From Pseudomonadota bacterium (lineage in GTDB: Bacteria > Bdellovibrionota > UBA1018 > CAIMNF01): a stretch of 64,000 nucleotides of DNA. Shown here piece by piece: positions 1-9,931 of the stretch (its first letter is position 1; every line of letters starts with the position of its first letter). The position numbers and the translations under genes are program-made. The notes beneath the pieces are model-generated. The model made no database searches. It saw only the letters and a list, made by a program, of their open reading frames with translations, and had not been told where the DNA came from. The DNA lies in NCBI GenBank assembly GCA_027488515.1, contig JAIYBN010000001.1:811-64810 (forward strand), given 5' to 3'.

Positions 1-914
1 GCGCGTCTCTTGTCGAGCTCATCCAGCTCCCGTGCGGCATTGTCGTAAGCGATGATCTTGTCTTTTTGATCGCATTTGAAGCTCGGGCCGGTGATCTGGC
101 TCGCGCAAGAATCATTTCTCAGAAGCTCACCACAGGCTTTGGTCTCGTCCCGTGGGTCCGGATTGTTGATGGCCGTGGTGCATTCATCCTGCCCGGTGGC
201 GTTCTTTTTCAAGAAATCCTGCAGCCAGAAGTCCTTGTCGTTCAGGGTCAGGAAGCTGCAAAAATCTGCGGTCCGCTTGAACACTTTGCTGTGATGGCAG
301 GCGTTCTTGTCGTCCTCGACTGCGATTCTGAGACAATCTTTGCGACAATCTTTCAGTGCCTGGTCCCGATCGGCCTTCAGCTTGTCGATGTTGACACAAT
401 CGGATCCGGAGCAGCGGTAGCGCTTGATGTCATCATTGAGTTGATCGCGTTCTTTTTCACGCTGCTTGGCATAGTCCGAGAATCCGCCGCACTGATCCAC
501 GAGGATGTCGAGATCTTCGCGATCTTTGTTGCGGGTGCTGACACTCGAGCCGCCACCGCCACCTTCATCGATATTCAGCCTGCGTCGCTGGGCCTTTGTG
601 AGATCTGCGACAGGAGTGGTCCGCACCACATAAGCGTTACCCTGCTTCAGGAAACGACTGCGCTCGGAAGTGGTATCGATCACCGATCGACGCCCCTGAT
701 TGTCGATGCACATGATCGCACTGCCTTTGGCTTCGGAAACTTCGTCCACGCTGTAAGTGTTACAAAATCTGATGCCGGTGTTCTGCACGACCGGAACATT
801 GTTCGGAGACGGGATGAGATCCGCATTCGCCTCGGGGATTCCGATTCCCGAAGGCAAAGTCATGGTGAGCGCCATCAGTGCGGCTAGCATCTTGCTGAAA
901 AAAGTCTGAGACAT
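1..914 (-). CDS. Partial CDS whose C-terminus lies off the window start. It encodes a secreted Cys-rich hypothetical protein of at least 304 aa, with an N-terminal signal peptide MSQTFFSKMLAALMALTMTLPSGIGIPEANA.
   Basis: My manual reverse-strand translation of 1..914 is open with no stops. The ATG at 914..912 has a GAGGAG RBS 8 nt upstream. The N-terminus is hydrophobic and signal-like, and there are more than 14 Cys. The annotated + ORF 66..887 is its antisense shadow. Confidence 0.6.
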   Translation of the reverse strand, partial: MSQTFFSKMLAALMALTMTLPSGIGIPEANADLIPSPNNVPVVQNTGIRFCNTYSVDEVSEAKGSAIMCIDNQGRRSVIDTTSERSRFLKQGNAYVVRTTPVADLTKAQRRRLNIDEGGGGGSSVSTRNKDREDLDILVDQCGGFSDYAKQREKERDQLNDDIKRYRCSGSDCVNIDKLKADRDQALKDCRKDCLRIAVEDDKNACHHSKVFKRTADFCSFLTLNDKDFWLQDFLKKNATGQDECTTAINNPDPRDETKACGELLRNDSCASQITGPSFKCDQKDKIIAYDNAARELDELDKRR

Positions 915-1089
915 GAGTGATCTCCTCAAAACGTCTTCTCGTCTCCAGAAGTCCTTTTCTGGAGGGGGGGTACCAAAAATAGTTTAGCGGATCCGGCCAT
1001 GAAAACAAAAAGAAACTGTTTTACTGTGGAAAATAAGCTTTTTCGGCAAAGAATTGACAGAACCTGCAATCCCTGTTTGACTGCGCTCC

Positions 1090-2229
1090 ATGGATGACGG
1101 CCCCGTCAGGTATTCCTCGATCTACCTTCATTTTCCCTTCTGCGAGACCAAGTGTCATTATTGTGACTTCTATTCGCTGGGACGGGAAAAGACCGGTCCA
1201 GATGATGCCGACCTTTTCGAGAAAGCCCTTCTGAGCGAAATCGCACTTCGCGGAGAACGCGGGGAATTCGCCGATCGCATCGAAACGATTTTTCTGGGCG
1301 GCGGAACGCCAAGCATGACTCCTCCGGAATCGATGGAACGGATCTTCAAGTCCCTGCTCAAATGGACCTCACCGGGCCAAGGGTATGAGTGGACCATGGA
1401 GGCGAATCCATCCTCCATCACCCGTGAGCGCTTCAAGGCTTACCGGGATCTGGGGATCAACCGTATCAGCATGGGAGTGCAAAGCTTGCGCTCCGACCAC
1501 CTCTTGAAGCTCGGACGGGTTCATAACGAGAGGGAAGCTCTCGATGCCCTGGAGTCAGTGTTCGAGTCGGGATTCACCAATGTCTCCACCGACTTGCTTT
1601 GCGGTGTCCCGGGGCAAACTCTCGCAGATCTCGATTCCCACATCCAAGGACTCACCGCCTTTCCTCTGACTCACTTGAGCATCTACCTGCTCACTCTGAC
1701 CCCGGGCCATCCCATGTACCGTGATCTACCCGAAGAAAGCGAACAGTTGGATCATCTTGCTTTCATTCATGAAAAAATGACCGGACTCGGTTTCGAACAT
1801 TACGAAATCTCGAATTTCGCAAAACCGGGTCACCGGGCGCGGCACAACCTGGTTTACTGGACGGGAGGATCCTACCTGGGCCTCGGGCCATCAGCCCACT
1901 CCTTCTCCAAGTCCACCCCGATCCGGTTCCGCAATCCCAACTCTCTCCATCGATGGGCAACTCCTCTTCTTGCCTCCCCCGCGCGACTTCCGGTGGAAGA
2001 ACGGGAGGAATTGACTCCGGACCAATTGGAATTGGAGAAGTGGATGCTCGCCATCCGCCTGGAGGAAGGGTTCCCGCAAGACTGGATTGATACGGATTCC
2101 CGACGGAGGAAGGTCGAGGTTCTGGTCAGAGAAGGGCTCCTCGAGTCCCATCCCCGCCTGGGTGGCCGACTCCGGGCGACCCCACGGGGATTTGCGCTCT
2201 CTGACGCACTGGTTCGCGAGCTTTCCTGA
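1090..2229 (+). CDS. hemW: Radical SAM HemN-like heme chaperone, or oxygen-independent coproporphyrinogen-III oxidase-like protein.
   Basis: CxxxCxxC radical-SAM motif (FCETKCHYCDF) near the N-terminus, HemN/HemW-like length (379 aa), and position directly upstream of grpE-dnaK as in many bacteria. Confidence 0.8.
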   Translation: MDDGPVRYSSIYLHFPFCETKCHYCDFYSLGREKTGPDDADLFEKALLSEIALRGERGEFADRIETIFLGGGTPSMTPPESMERIFKSLLKWTSPGQGYEWTMEANPSSITRERFKAYRDLGINRISMGVQSLRSDHLLKLGRVHNEREALDALESVFESGFTNVSTDLLCGVPGQTLADLDSHIQGLTAFPLTHLSIYLLTLTPGHPMYRDLPEESEQLDHLAFIHEKMTGLGFEHYEISNFAKPGHRARHNLVYWTGGSYLGLGPSAHSFSKSTPIRFRNPNSLHRWATPLLASPARLPVEEREELTPDQLELEKWMLAIRLEEGFPQDWIDTDSRRRKVEVLVREGLLESHPRLGGRLRATPRGFALSDALVRELS

Positions 2230-2255
2230 GCTTTTTCTCAACGCCCACTTGCCAA

Positions 2256-2804
2256 ATGGAAAGGGGTGCCCATAGTCTTCGCATCATGCAAGATCCAACC
2301 AATTCCAATCCCACGGAAACCCCCGAGGCTTCCGTAAGCACTCCGGACTCCCAGGTCTCTGAACTTGAAAAGAAGGCGAAAGACTGGGAACAGAAATACG
2401 TCTACCTCTATGCCGAGTTTGAGAACTTCAAGAAGCGCTCCATCAAAGAGCGCCAAGAGACCTTGAAGTTCGGCTGGGAGAACGTCGCTTCCGGCTTGCT
2501 TGAAGTTCTGGACAATTTCGACCGGGCACTGGGTTACGTGAAACCCGACACCGATTCCGCTCTGGTCAGTGGCTTGAGAATGGTTGCTCAACAGTTCAAG
2601 TCGACCCTGGAGAAGCAAGGCGTGGCCGAGATCCAAACCCTCGACCAGCCCTTCAATCCGGAACTGCACGAGTCGGTGGGCCAGATCCCGAGCGAAAAGC
2701 CTCAGGGGATCATCGTTCAGGAGCATCAAAAAGGTTACACCCTGCACGGGCGGTTGCTCCGTCCGAGTCGGGTTCTGATTTCCGGCGGCAAACCCGCCAA
2801 TTGA
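2256..2804 (+). CDS. grpE: Nucleotide exchange factor GrpE. The start is ambiguous and may be the ATG at 2286.
   Basis: Typical GrpE sequence (YLYAEFENFKKR..., C-terminal beta domain) and position immediately upstream of dnaK. Confidence 0.85.
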   Translation: MERGAHSLRIMQDPTNSNPTETPEASVSTPDSQVSELEKKAKDWEQKYVYLYAEFENFKKRSIKERQETLKFGWENVASGLLEVLDNFDRALGYVKPDTDSALVSGLRMVAQQFKSTLEKQGVAEIQTLDQPFNPELHESVGQIPSEKPQGIIVQEHQKGYTLHGRLLRPSRVLISGGKPAN

Positions 2805-2815
2805 AACCAATCGGA

Positions 2816-2843
2816 TTTGACAAACACGGGAACATTCCCATTT
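2816..2843 (+). promoter_or_regulatory. Putative sigma-32 (RpoH) heat-shock promoter upstream of dnaK.
   Basis: TTGACAA-N13-CCCATTTA resembles the sigma-32 consensus CTTGAAA-N13/14-CCCCATNT. It sits about 30 nt upstream of the dnaK start codon. Confidence 0.4.
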
Positions 2844-2874
2844 AAGAACTGTAAAGAATCACAAGGAGAAAAAT

Positions 2875-4797
2875 ATGGGTAAAATCATCGGAATTGATCT
2901 TGGAACCACGAACTCGTGCGTATCGGTCCTCGAGGGCGGCGAACCGAAAGTCATCGCCAACGCAGAAGGTGCCAACACCACTCCGTCCATTGTAGGCTTT
3001 CTCGCTTCCGGTGAAAAAGTCGTGGGCCAGTCCGCAAAGCGCCAAGCGGTCACCAACCCTGACAAGACCGTCTTCGAAGCCAAGCGCCTGATCGGACGCA
3101 AATTCGTATCCAAAGAAACCACCGAGTTCGCGAAGATCGCTCCGTTCAAAGTGGTGGAAGCCAAGAACGGAGACGCCTGGGTGAAAGTCGCCGACCGCGA
3201 TTACGCCCCTCAAGAGATCGCCGCAATGGTCCTTCAGAAGATGAAGAAGACCGCGGAAGACTACCTCGGCGAACCCGTGACTGAAGCGGTGATCACGGTG
3301 CCCGCATACTTCAACGACGCCCAACGCCAGGCGACCAAAGATGCCGGTCGAATCGCCGGTCTGGACGTGAAACGGATCATCAATGAACCGACGGCCGCAG
3401 CTCTCGCTTACGGGCTCGACAAGAAGAACAGCAACATCACCATCGCGGTATTCGACCTCGGGGGCGGAACTTTCGACGTTTCCATCCTGGAACTCGGTGA
3501 CGGCGTGTTCGAAGTGAAAGCAACCAACGGCGACACCTTTCTCGGCGGAGGAAACTTCGACCAGAAAATCATCGACTGGATGTGCGACGAATTCAAAAAA
3601 GAATCGGGTATCGACCTCCGCTCCGACAAGATGGCGCTCCAGCGACTCAAAGAAGCCGCGGAAAAAGCCAAGCACGAGCTCTCTTCCATGACCGAAACGG
3701 ACATCAACCTTCCGTTCATCACCGCGGACGCATCCGGTCCGAAGCACATGAACATCAAGCTCACCCGCTCCAAACTCGAACAGCTGGTCGACAGCCTGAT
3801 CCAGTCTCTCGCAGGTCCGTGCGAAGTGGCTTTGAAGGATGCGGGCCTCACCAAGGACAAGATCGACGAAGTGATCCTGGTCGGTGGGATGACCCGGATG
3901 CCCCGCGTCCAACAGAAGGTGAAAGAGATCTTCGGAAAAGAAGCTTCCAAAGGTGTGAATCCGGATGAAGTGGTGGCGGTCGGCGCCGCGATCCAAGGCG
4001 GCGTTCTCAAGGGCGAAGTCAAGGACGTGCTCTTGCTCGATGTCACTCCGCTTTCTCTCGGAATCGAAACCATGGGCGGCGTGTTCACGAAACTCATCGA
4101 AAAGAACACCACCATCCCTTCCAAGAAGTCACAGGTGTTCTCGACCGCCGCAGACAACCAGACCGCGGTCACCATTCACGTGCTCCAGGGAGAACGTGAT
4201 TTCGCCGAGCACAACAAGTCGCTCGGAAGGTTCGACCTGGTCGGAATCCCGTCCGCTCCTCGTGGCATGCCCCAGATCGAAGTGACCTTCGACATCGACG
4301 CGAACGGTCTCGTTCATGTCGGGGCGAAAGACCTCGGTACCGGCAAGGAACAGTCGATCAAGATCACCGCTTCGGGCGGTTTGACCGAAGAGGAAATCAA
4401 GCGCATGCAACGTGAAGCCGATGAACATCGCGCGGAAGACGAGAAGCGCAAGCAGGTGGTCAACGCCCGCAACACTCTCGACAGCATGATCTATTCCATC
4501 GAAAAGACCGTGAAGGAATCCGGTGACAAGGTCCCTGCCGAGGAAAAATCCAAGGTTGAGGCCGCACTTGCCGAAGCCCGCAAGTTCACAACTTCGAACG
4601 AACTCACCGAGATCGAAAAGGCGACCCAAGACCTGACTGCCGCTTCGAACAAGATGGCGGAGATCCTTTACAAGAATACCGGGGCACAGGGCCAGACCAC
4701 AGATGCCGGAACCCAGTCCGCTGGAACCGAAGGGCAACAGTCCACTGCCGGTAAGAGTGACGAAGACGTCATCGACGCGGACTACAAACAGGTCTGA
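2875..4797 (+). CDS. dnaK: Molecular chaperone DnaK (Hsp70).
   Basis: N-terminal [20 protein letters not shown] and other Hsp70 signatures. 640 aa. AAGGAGA RBS 7 nt upstream. Confidence 0.97.
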   Translation: MGKIIGIDLGTTNSCVSVLEGGEPKVIANAEGANTTPSIVGFLASGEKVVGQSAKRQAVTNPDKTVFEAKRLIGRKFVSKETTEFAKIAPFKVVEAKNGDAWVKVADRDYAPQEIAAMVLQKMKKTAEDYLGEPVTEAVITVPAYFNDAQRQATKDAGRIAGLDVKRIINEPTAAALAYGLDKKNSNITIAVFDLGGGTFDVSILELGDGVFEVKATNGDTFLGGGNFDQKIIDWMCDEFKKESGIDLRSDKMALQRLKEAAEKAKHELSSMTETDINLPFITADASGPKHMNIKLTRSKLEQLVDSLIQSLAGPCEVALKDAGLTKDKIDEVILVGGMTRMPRVQQKVKEIFGKEASKGVNPDEVVAVGAAIQGGVLKGEVKDVLLLDVTPLSLGIETMGGVFTKLIEKNTTIPSKKSQVFSTAADNQTAVTIHVLQGERDFAEHNKSLGRFDLVGIPSAPRGMPQIEVTFDIDANGLVHVGAKDLGTGKEQSIKITASGGLTEEEIKRMQREADEHRAEDEKRKQVVNARNTLDSMIYSIEKTVKESGDKVPAEEKSKVEAALAEARKFTTSNELTEIEKATQDLTAASNKMAEILYKNTGAQGQTTDAGTQSAGTEGQQSTAGKSDEDVIDADYKQV

Positions 4798-4866
4798 TTC
4801 AGCTCAATGATCCATATTCGGGCCTGAGACTTACCGGATTCCGGGTCTCGGGCCCGGGAAAGCAAC

Positions 4867-6027
4867 ATGGCAGACAAACGCGATTACTACGAAGTACTGG
4901 GTGTTCAAAGGGGAGCGGGGGCTGAAGAGATCAAAAAAGCCTTCCGGAAACTCGCCGTACAGTTTCATCCGGACAAGAACCCCGGAGACAAAAAATCCGA
5001 GGACAAGTTCAAGGAAGTCAACGAAGCCTACGAGCACCTCTCCGACCCCCAGAAGCGCAAGATGTACGACCAGTTCGGTCATGCAGCCGCGAACATGGGT
5101 GGAGGCGGACAAGGTCCTTTCGGAGCCGGCGGCCCGTTCGGTGGCGGTGGTGGCGCAGCTGATTTCGGAGACATTTTCGGGGACATCTTCGGAGACATTT
5201 TCGGTGGTGGACGCGGGGGACGTGGCGGCGCTCGGGGAAGACGTGCACGCGCTGGAGCTGATCTTGAAACCCAGGTCGATATCACTTTCGAGGAGGCGTA
5301 CAAAGGCGTCGAGAAGGTGATCACTTTGAACAAGCGGGTGGATTGTGAAACCTGCCTGGGGTCGGGAGCCAAGCCAGGAACCTCTCCCGAGACCTGTAAG
5401 ATCTGCAGTGGACGGGGAGAAGTCACTTTTCAACAGGGGTTTTTCGCGGTTTCGCGTCCTTGCACCCACTGTCATGGGACAGGACAGACCATCACCTCAC
5501 CCTGCGGGGGCTGCAAGGGCCAGGGAAAGACCAAGAAAACATCCCAGCTCAAAGTCACCATTCCAGCCGGGATCGACACGGGCCAACGCCTGAAATTGTC
5601 CAATGAAGGCGAGGCGGGCGAGCACGGCGGACCTCCGGGCGATCTGTACATCGTGATTCAGGTCATGGACCATGACTTCTTCAAACGGGAGGGGGCGGAC
5701 ATCATTTGTGATGCACCGATCACGTTTGTCCATGCGGCACTCGGTGCCGAACTCGACATTCCTACTCTCGATGGTAAAGTCGAGATGAAAATCCCCCCGG
5801 GAACCCAGTCGCACAAGGTCTTCAGACTGAAGAGCAAGGGACTCCCCCACATCGGCCGCGGAGGTCGTGGCGATCAGCTCGTCCGTGTGATCGTCGAAGT
5901 CCCGAATCGCTTGACGAATGAACAAGCCGAGCATCTTCGTAAGTTTGCCGAATTGACCCAGAAAGACGGCAGGGCCCATCCCTTGTCACACGGGTTTTTC
6001 GAACGGGTGAAACGTATTTTCAATTGA
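4867..6027 (+). CDS. dnaJ: Molecular chaperone DnaJ (Hsp40, type I).
   Basis: J domain with HPD, a Gly/Phe-rich region, four CxxCxGxG zinc-finger repeats and a C-terminal domain. Confidence 0.95.
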   Translation: MADKRDYYEVLGVQRGAGAEEIKKAFRKLAVQFHPDKNPGDKKSEDKFKEVNEAYEHLSDPQKRKMYDQFGHAAANMGGGGQGPFGAGGPFGGGGGAADFGDIFGDIFGDIFGGGRGGRGGARGRRARAGADLETQVDITFEEAYKGVEKVITLNKRVDCETCLGSGAKPGTSPETCKICSGRGEVTFQQGFFAVSRPCTHCHGTGQTITSPCGGCKGQGKTKKTSQLKVTIPAGIDTGQRLKLSNEGEAGEHGGPPGDLYIVIQVMDHDFFKREGADIICDAPITFVHAALGAELDIPTLDGKVEMKIPPGTQSHKVFRLKSKGLPHIGRGGRGDQLVRVIVEVPNRLTNEQAEHLRKFAELTQKDGRAHPLSHGFFERVKRIFN

Positions 6028-7048
6028 GCCCTGAGCAGAGATCCGGTGAATTGCGGTGCTTGATCCGTTCCAGCACCTGCTCGACCGCTTTTGCTTCCTG
6101 ACTCACCCCGGACTTGGCTGCCTGTTCCAACATACGCTGGACCAGCTCCACGGCCTTTTTGCCACCGATCTGCTCGGTCGCCAGCAACCAGACCGAACGT
6201 CCCGCAAAGTCATTCTCTTTGCCGATCCCTTCCTCGATCCACTTCCACCGCTCGTGAGGGCACACCTTCGGCAAATATTCCACGGCAACCCTGCGCAAGC
6301 CTGCATCTTCATGGTGGATCCACTTGGAGATCTCACGAACCACCGACGGATCCCTCTCCTGAAATAGCGCGCGAAGAGCCAATTGCTTCGACATGCCGTC
6401 GAAGTCCCCCGCGATCACTTTCCGGTTCATTCCCCTCACCCGTTCATCGGAACCGAACATGCGATTCAGCTCGATCAAAGGGGCCGCATTCTTCTTGCCC
6501 AATTCCTTCTGGCCGATTTCCATCATCTCCTCTTTGGTGTCCCGGACCTCGTCTTTTCCCTTTTGTGACTGATGCAGAGCTGCAAGCGCTTCCATCCGCT
6601 CTGGAACGGGTAGGTCCTTCACTTCAAGCGTCTTCTTCAACCACGCCACCTGTCCTTCACCCGGTTTTTCCCGCATTACATGGACGATGTGACTCCGGAC
6701 CAGCGGATGAGGGTCCGCCTGCAACGATTCGAACACCTCCAGGAAGTCCTTTCCTTCCTGGCTCCCGCTTGCATAAGCCACCCCCGCTCGAACCAAAGGT
6801 TGCTCATGCTTGGCCAAAGACAGAATGACCTTGGCATCGTCTTTTCGAGCCGAACTCCCCACAGTGAGAATGGACCGGTACAGGGTTCCCGGGTCGGTAC
6901 CTTCCGGGTTGCGGAGGATCCGTATGGATCGGTTCAATGCCTCCTGCGAAGGATCAACAACTCCTTGACGCTTCAAGGCCCAAAACAGTCCCGCCCCGAG
7001 CAATCCGACCACCATCACCGAAACCGCAATTTTCTTCACTGAACTCAT
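6020..7048 (-). CDS. HEAT-repeat (PBS-lyase HEAT-like) protein with an N-terminal membrane anchor or signal.
   Basis: N-terminal hydrophobic segment, and repeated DP..VR..A helical-repeat motifs ([43 protein letters not shown]). Confidence 0.6.
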   Translation of the reverse strand: MSSVKKIAVSVMVVGLLGAGLFWALKRQGVVDPSQEALNRSIRILRNPEGTDPGTLYRSILTVGSSARKDDAKVILSLAKHEQPLVRAGVAYASGSQEGKDFLEVFESLQADPHPLVRSHIVHVMREKPGEGQVAWLKKTLEVKDLPVPERMEALAALHQSQKGKDEVRDTKEEMMEIGQKELGKKNAAPLIELNRMFGSDERVRGMNRKVIAGDFDGMSKQLALRALFQERDPSVVREISKWIHHEDAGLRRVAVEYLPKVCPHERWKWIEEGIGKENDFAGRSVWLLATEQIGGKKAVELVQRMLEQAAKSGVSQEAKAVEQVLERIKHRNSPDLCSGLN

Positions 7049-7112
7049 GACACCAGTGTCTCACGGGTCACTTGCTCCTTGCAATTCCGGCACGAGGCTT
7101 TAGCCTGAAATC

Positions 7113-7913
7113 ATGAACCTTTCTTCCATTCTCGGCATCGCCGCCGCCATACTGGTCCTGCTGGTCTCGGTATTCACCTCAACGAGCAACTCGAAGATTT
7201 TCCTCGATCCTCATGGCATCCTGATTGTCATCGGAGGAACGGCAGCAGCGGGAATGCTCTGCTTCCCGCTCAAGACTTACCTCAGGGTACTCACCGTCCT
7301 GAAAAACAAAATCTTGGGGAACTATGCGTTACGCTACGACACCGTCATCAACGAGTTGGTCGACCTGGCGAAAGGCATGCGTGACAACCCTGAATACGCC
7401 AGAAACAAGGCAAAGTCGGTCAATACGCCATTCTTGAAAGACGCTCTCGAGCTCATGAACCTGGGTGGGATCTCGGAAGAATCCCTGGATGAGATCCTCC
7501 TGAAGCGCGCAGAGACCTACTCGAAGCGTTATGACCATGACGCAGTGGTGATCAAGGCCCTCTCCAAATTCCCGCCTGCATTCGGACTCATGGGGACCAC
7601 CCTCGGAATGATCTCATTGCTCCAACAGCTGGGCGGTAAAGATGCACAAAAATTCCTCGGGGTGTCGATGGCACTCGGGCTGGTTGCGACCTTTTACGGG
7701 ATCGTCCTCGCCAACCTGGTCTTCATCCCGATCGCTGAGAATCTCACTGCAGTGAACAAAGAAGATGAAACAGTCCGGGCGATCGTGATCGACGGATTGC
7801 GTCTGATCCGGAAAAAGGAACACCCGAAAATGGTCGAGGAGTATCTGAAGAGCTACCTCCTTCCCCATGAACGTTCGTCCCTCAAGACCGGTGCGGCGGC
7901 TGCAAAAGCATGA
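7113..7913 (+). CDS. motA: MotA/PomA-family stator protein, a proton-channel subunit of the MotA/TolQ/ExbB family.
   Basis: Four-TM topology with a large cytoplasmic loop and the conserved C-terminal TM3/TM4 region (GLxGTxxGM). It is translationally coupled to motB by a 4-nt overlap. Confidence 0.85.
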   Translation: MNLSSILGIAAAILVLLVSVFTSTSNSKIFLDPHGILIVIGGTAAAGMLCFPLKTYLRVLTVLKNKILGNYALRYDTVINELVDLAKGMRDNPEYARNKAKSVNTPFLKDALELMNLGGISEESLDEILLKRAETYSKRYDHDAVVIKALSKFPPAFGLMGTTLGMISLLQQLGGKDAQKFLGVSMALGLVATFYGIVLANLVFIPIAENLTAVNKEDETVRAIVIDGLRLIRKKEHPKMVEEYLKSYLLPHERSSLKTGAAAAKA

Positions 7914-8650
7914 GCGATCAAATTCCTCCATCCATCAAGCACCTGAAGCGCCCTTACCAGTCCCATGCATCGGGTGAGGACCACTCGGACGGGAACTGGC
8001 TCGTCTCCTATGCGGACATGATGACCCTCCTGGTGGGATTCTTCATCATCCTTCTGAGCTTTTCAAAGATCGACGATGAGGTCTTCGAGAAATTCAAAGA
8101 GGTGGTCGCCAAGGAATTCGGAGGGAGCTACCAGGTTCCTTACGGTGAACTCGGGGACCGCATCCAGAAGATCCTCGAGAAACAAGGTGTGGCCAATCAG
8201 TTCGCTGTGAAACAGACTCCTCTCGGGGTCGAGATTTCGTTTCTCGGAGCGGTATTTTTCGATACCGGATCTGCTGACATCAAGCCCGAAGCCCAATCCC
8301 TCATGAACACACTCCTTCCTGTTCTCAAGCAGGAGGCAGGACAATTCCAGGTGATTGTCGAAGGTCATACCGACGATGTCCCGGTAGGGAACAAAAGCCG
8401 GTTTCTCAACAACTGGGAACTTTCAGGAATCCGCGCAAGCAAAGTGATCGGCCTGTTCGAACAATACGGGTTCACCAAGTCGGTGCTCACCTCGGTGGGT
8501 TACGCGGACGGACGTCCCCTTTTTCCCAACCGGAGTACCTCGGGAGATCCCATTGAAACCAACCAGGCCAAAAACCGCCGGGTGGTGATCAAGCTGATCC
8601 ATCAAGGTGAAGGGCTGATGGGAAAACCTGAGGAAAAAGGCAAAACCTGA
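7910..8650 (+). CDS. motB: MotB-family stator protein with an OmpA-like peptidoglycan-binding domain.
   Basis: N-terminal WLVSYADMMTLL plug/TM region with a conserved Asp, and a C-terminal OmpA_C-like domain (NRRVVIKL). Confidence 0.85.
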   Translation: MSDQIPPSIKHLKRPYQSHASGEDHSDGNWLVSYADMMTLLVGFFIILLSFSKIDDEVFEKFKEVVAKEFGGSYQVPYGELGDRIQKILEKQGVANQFAVKQTPLGVEISFLGAVFFDTGSADIKPEAQSLMNTLLPVLKQEAGQFQVIVEGHTDDVPVGNKSRFLNNWELSGIRASKVIGLFEQYGFTKSVLTSVGYADGRPLFPNRSTSGDPIETNQAKNRRVVIKLIHQGEGLMGKPEEKGKT

Positions 8651-9901
8651 TCAAGAAGAAATGATCCGGTTCGCTCCCTCTTTCAACAACACAGCAGCTT
8701 TTTCACGTTCTTTTTCCACTCGGTCCCGGAGCTCGTCCAAACGGGGATAAGCGATCTCTTCGATAGACGCGGACTGGGAGTTCCGTTGGCCGCTCCGCAA
8801 CGCCTCTCTGATGTTCTCTTCAGCGATTTGAAGTTGGAAGGTGGCCGAGGCTTTCTCTGTCTTGAGCTCCTGCTCGAGGCGCTCACCCTTCTCCTTCAGC
8901 AGACGGTTCTCATTCTCGAGGTATTGGTTCACTCCCTCGACGCGCGCAATGTTGGCGCGCAGGAGCGACACTTCCCTACCCGCCAGCTCGGCATTCCCCG
9001 AGGCCGTTTCGACCTGCTCTCTCAACTCAGCACATTCGACCCGAACCTGGGACAGTTCATCCTTCAGAATCGAAACCTCGAAGCTGCGTGACTGCAGCTC
9101 GGCCTGCTGCTTCCCGTTTTCATTCTCCAGTCTGGCCATCTCGCCTCGAACAGCCGCAAGCTCTTGGCGGAGCTCATGCTCCGGATTGCGATTCGGATCG
9201 CCTCCCAGTATGAGAATCCTTTTCCTCGCTTCTTCCAACTCCTGCTCTTTCTCGTTGGCAATTTCTTCCAATCTTTGGTTGGAGGCGAGCAAGAAGCTGC
9301 GACTCTTCTGATAATCGAACTGTTGCTGTTCCTTCTCGAGCTGATGGCGCTTCTCAAGCTCGGTGATTTTTTCAAAATTCACCCTCGCTTCCGCATCCAT
9401 CCGGGCAAGGAGCTCGGTGATCCGACTCTCAAGGTCCGACTCACGCCGGGACCCTTGATGATGGCTCTCTTTCGACTCTTGTTGTGCCTGAATCAAGGAG
9501 GATCTCAATGAACGGATGGTCTCACTCGCACGGCTTTCGAGGTCACGGTAACGGGCAACGTAGTCATCCATCCGGGTTTTCAGTTCCCGTCTGACGCTTT
9601 CGACCTCGACCTGATGGCACCGTCGAACCTCGTTCAGGGTCGATTGGTGCGCGACCTCGAGGTTTTCCAAGGTCCGCTTCTGTTCGATCCAAACCGACTC
9701 GAGCGCCCTCAGGTTGCGGTTCTCGTCGATCAAATCCTGGATCCCCCTGATCTGTTCTGAGAGAAGGAGCGCCGCATCCCGCGACGCAGCCGATACAGAC
9801 TGGAGTTTCTGATAGATCTGCGCGCTCTTGATCAGATTCGGGTCATCCTGCTTTTCATTCGAATTTCGGTCCATCATGGCCTTTACAGGATAAGGCTGCA
9901 T
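8651..9901 (-). CDS. Long coiled-coil protein, hypothetical.
   Basis: 416 aa dominated by heptad-rich Glu/Arg/Leu/Gln sequence, with no TM segment. Confidence 0.6.
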   Translation of the reverse strand: MQPYPVKAMMDRNSNEKQDDPNLIKSAQIYQKLQSVSAASRDAALLLSEQIRGIQDLIDENRNLRALESVWIEQKRTLENLEVAHQSTLNEVRRCHQVEVESVRRELKTRMDDYVARYRDLESRASETIRSLRSSLIQAQQESKESHHQGSRRESDLESRITELLARMDAEARVNFEKITELEKRHQLEKEQQQFDYQKSRSFLLASNQRLEEIANEKEQELEEARKRILILGGDPNRNPEHELRQELAAVRGEMARLENENGKQQAELQSRSFEVSILKDELSQVRVECAELREQVETASGNAELAGREVSLLRANIARVEGVNQYLENENRLLKEKGERLEQELKTEKASATFQLQIAEENIREALRSGQRNSQSASIEEIAYPRLDELRDRVEKEREKAAVLLKEGANRIISS

Positions 9902-9931
9902 TCCCGCGACGACAATTCGGCAAATTTTTCC

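Noticed and set aside
66-887. 273-aa + strand ORF at the window start.
   Set aside because: It is antisense to a better-supported minus-strand gene (<1..914) that has a strong RBS, signal peptide and protein-like composition. The + ORF is Ala/Val/Gly/Arg-biased, which is typical of shadow ORFs in GC-rich DNA.
914-1089. Searched for an HrcA CIRCE inverted repeat upstream of hemW/grpE/dnaK.
   Set aside because: No TTAGCACTC-N9-GAGTGCTAA-like element is visible. Only a weak TTGACA box is present, and it is too close to the annotated start to be a confident promoter.
2842-3996. 384-aa minus-strand ORF (overlapping 255-aa ORF 3408..4175 as well).
   Set aside because: Both are completely antisense to dnaK, an unambiguous conserved gene. 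Their composition is His/Arg/Gly-rich junk.
5163-5206. Triple 12-nt DNA repeat (ggagacattttcgg x3).
   Set aside because: It simply encodes the [12 protein letters not shown] Gly/Phe-rich linker of DnaJ, and is not an independent element.
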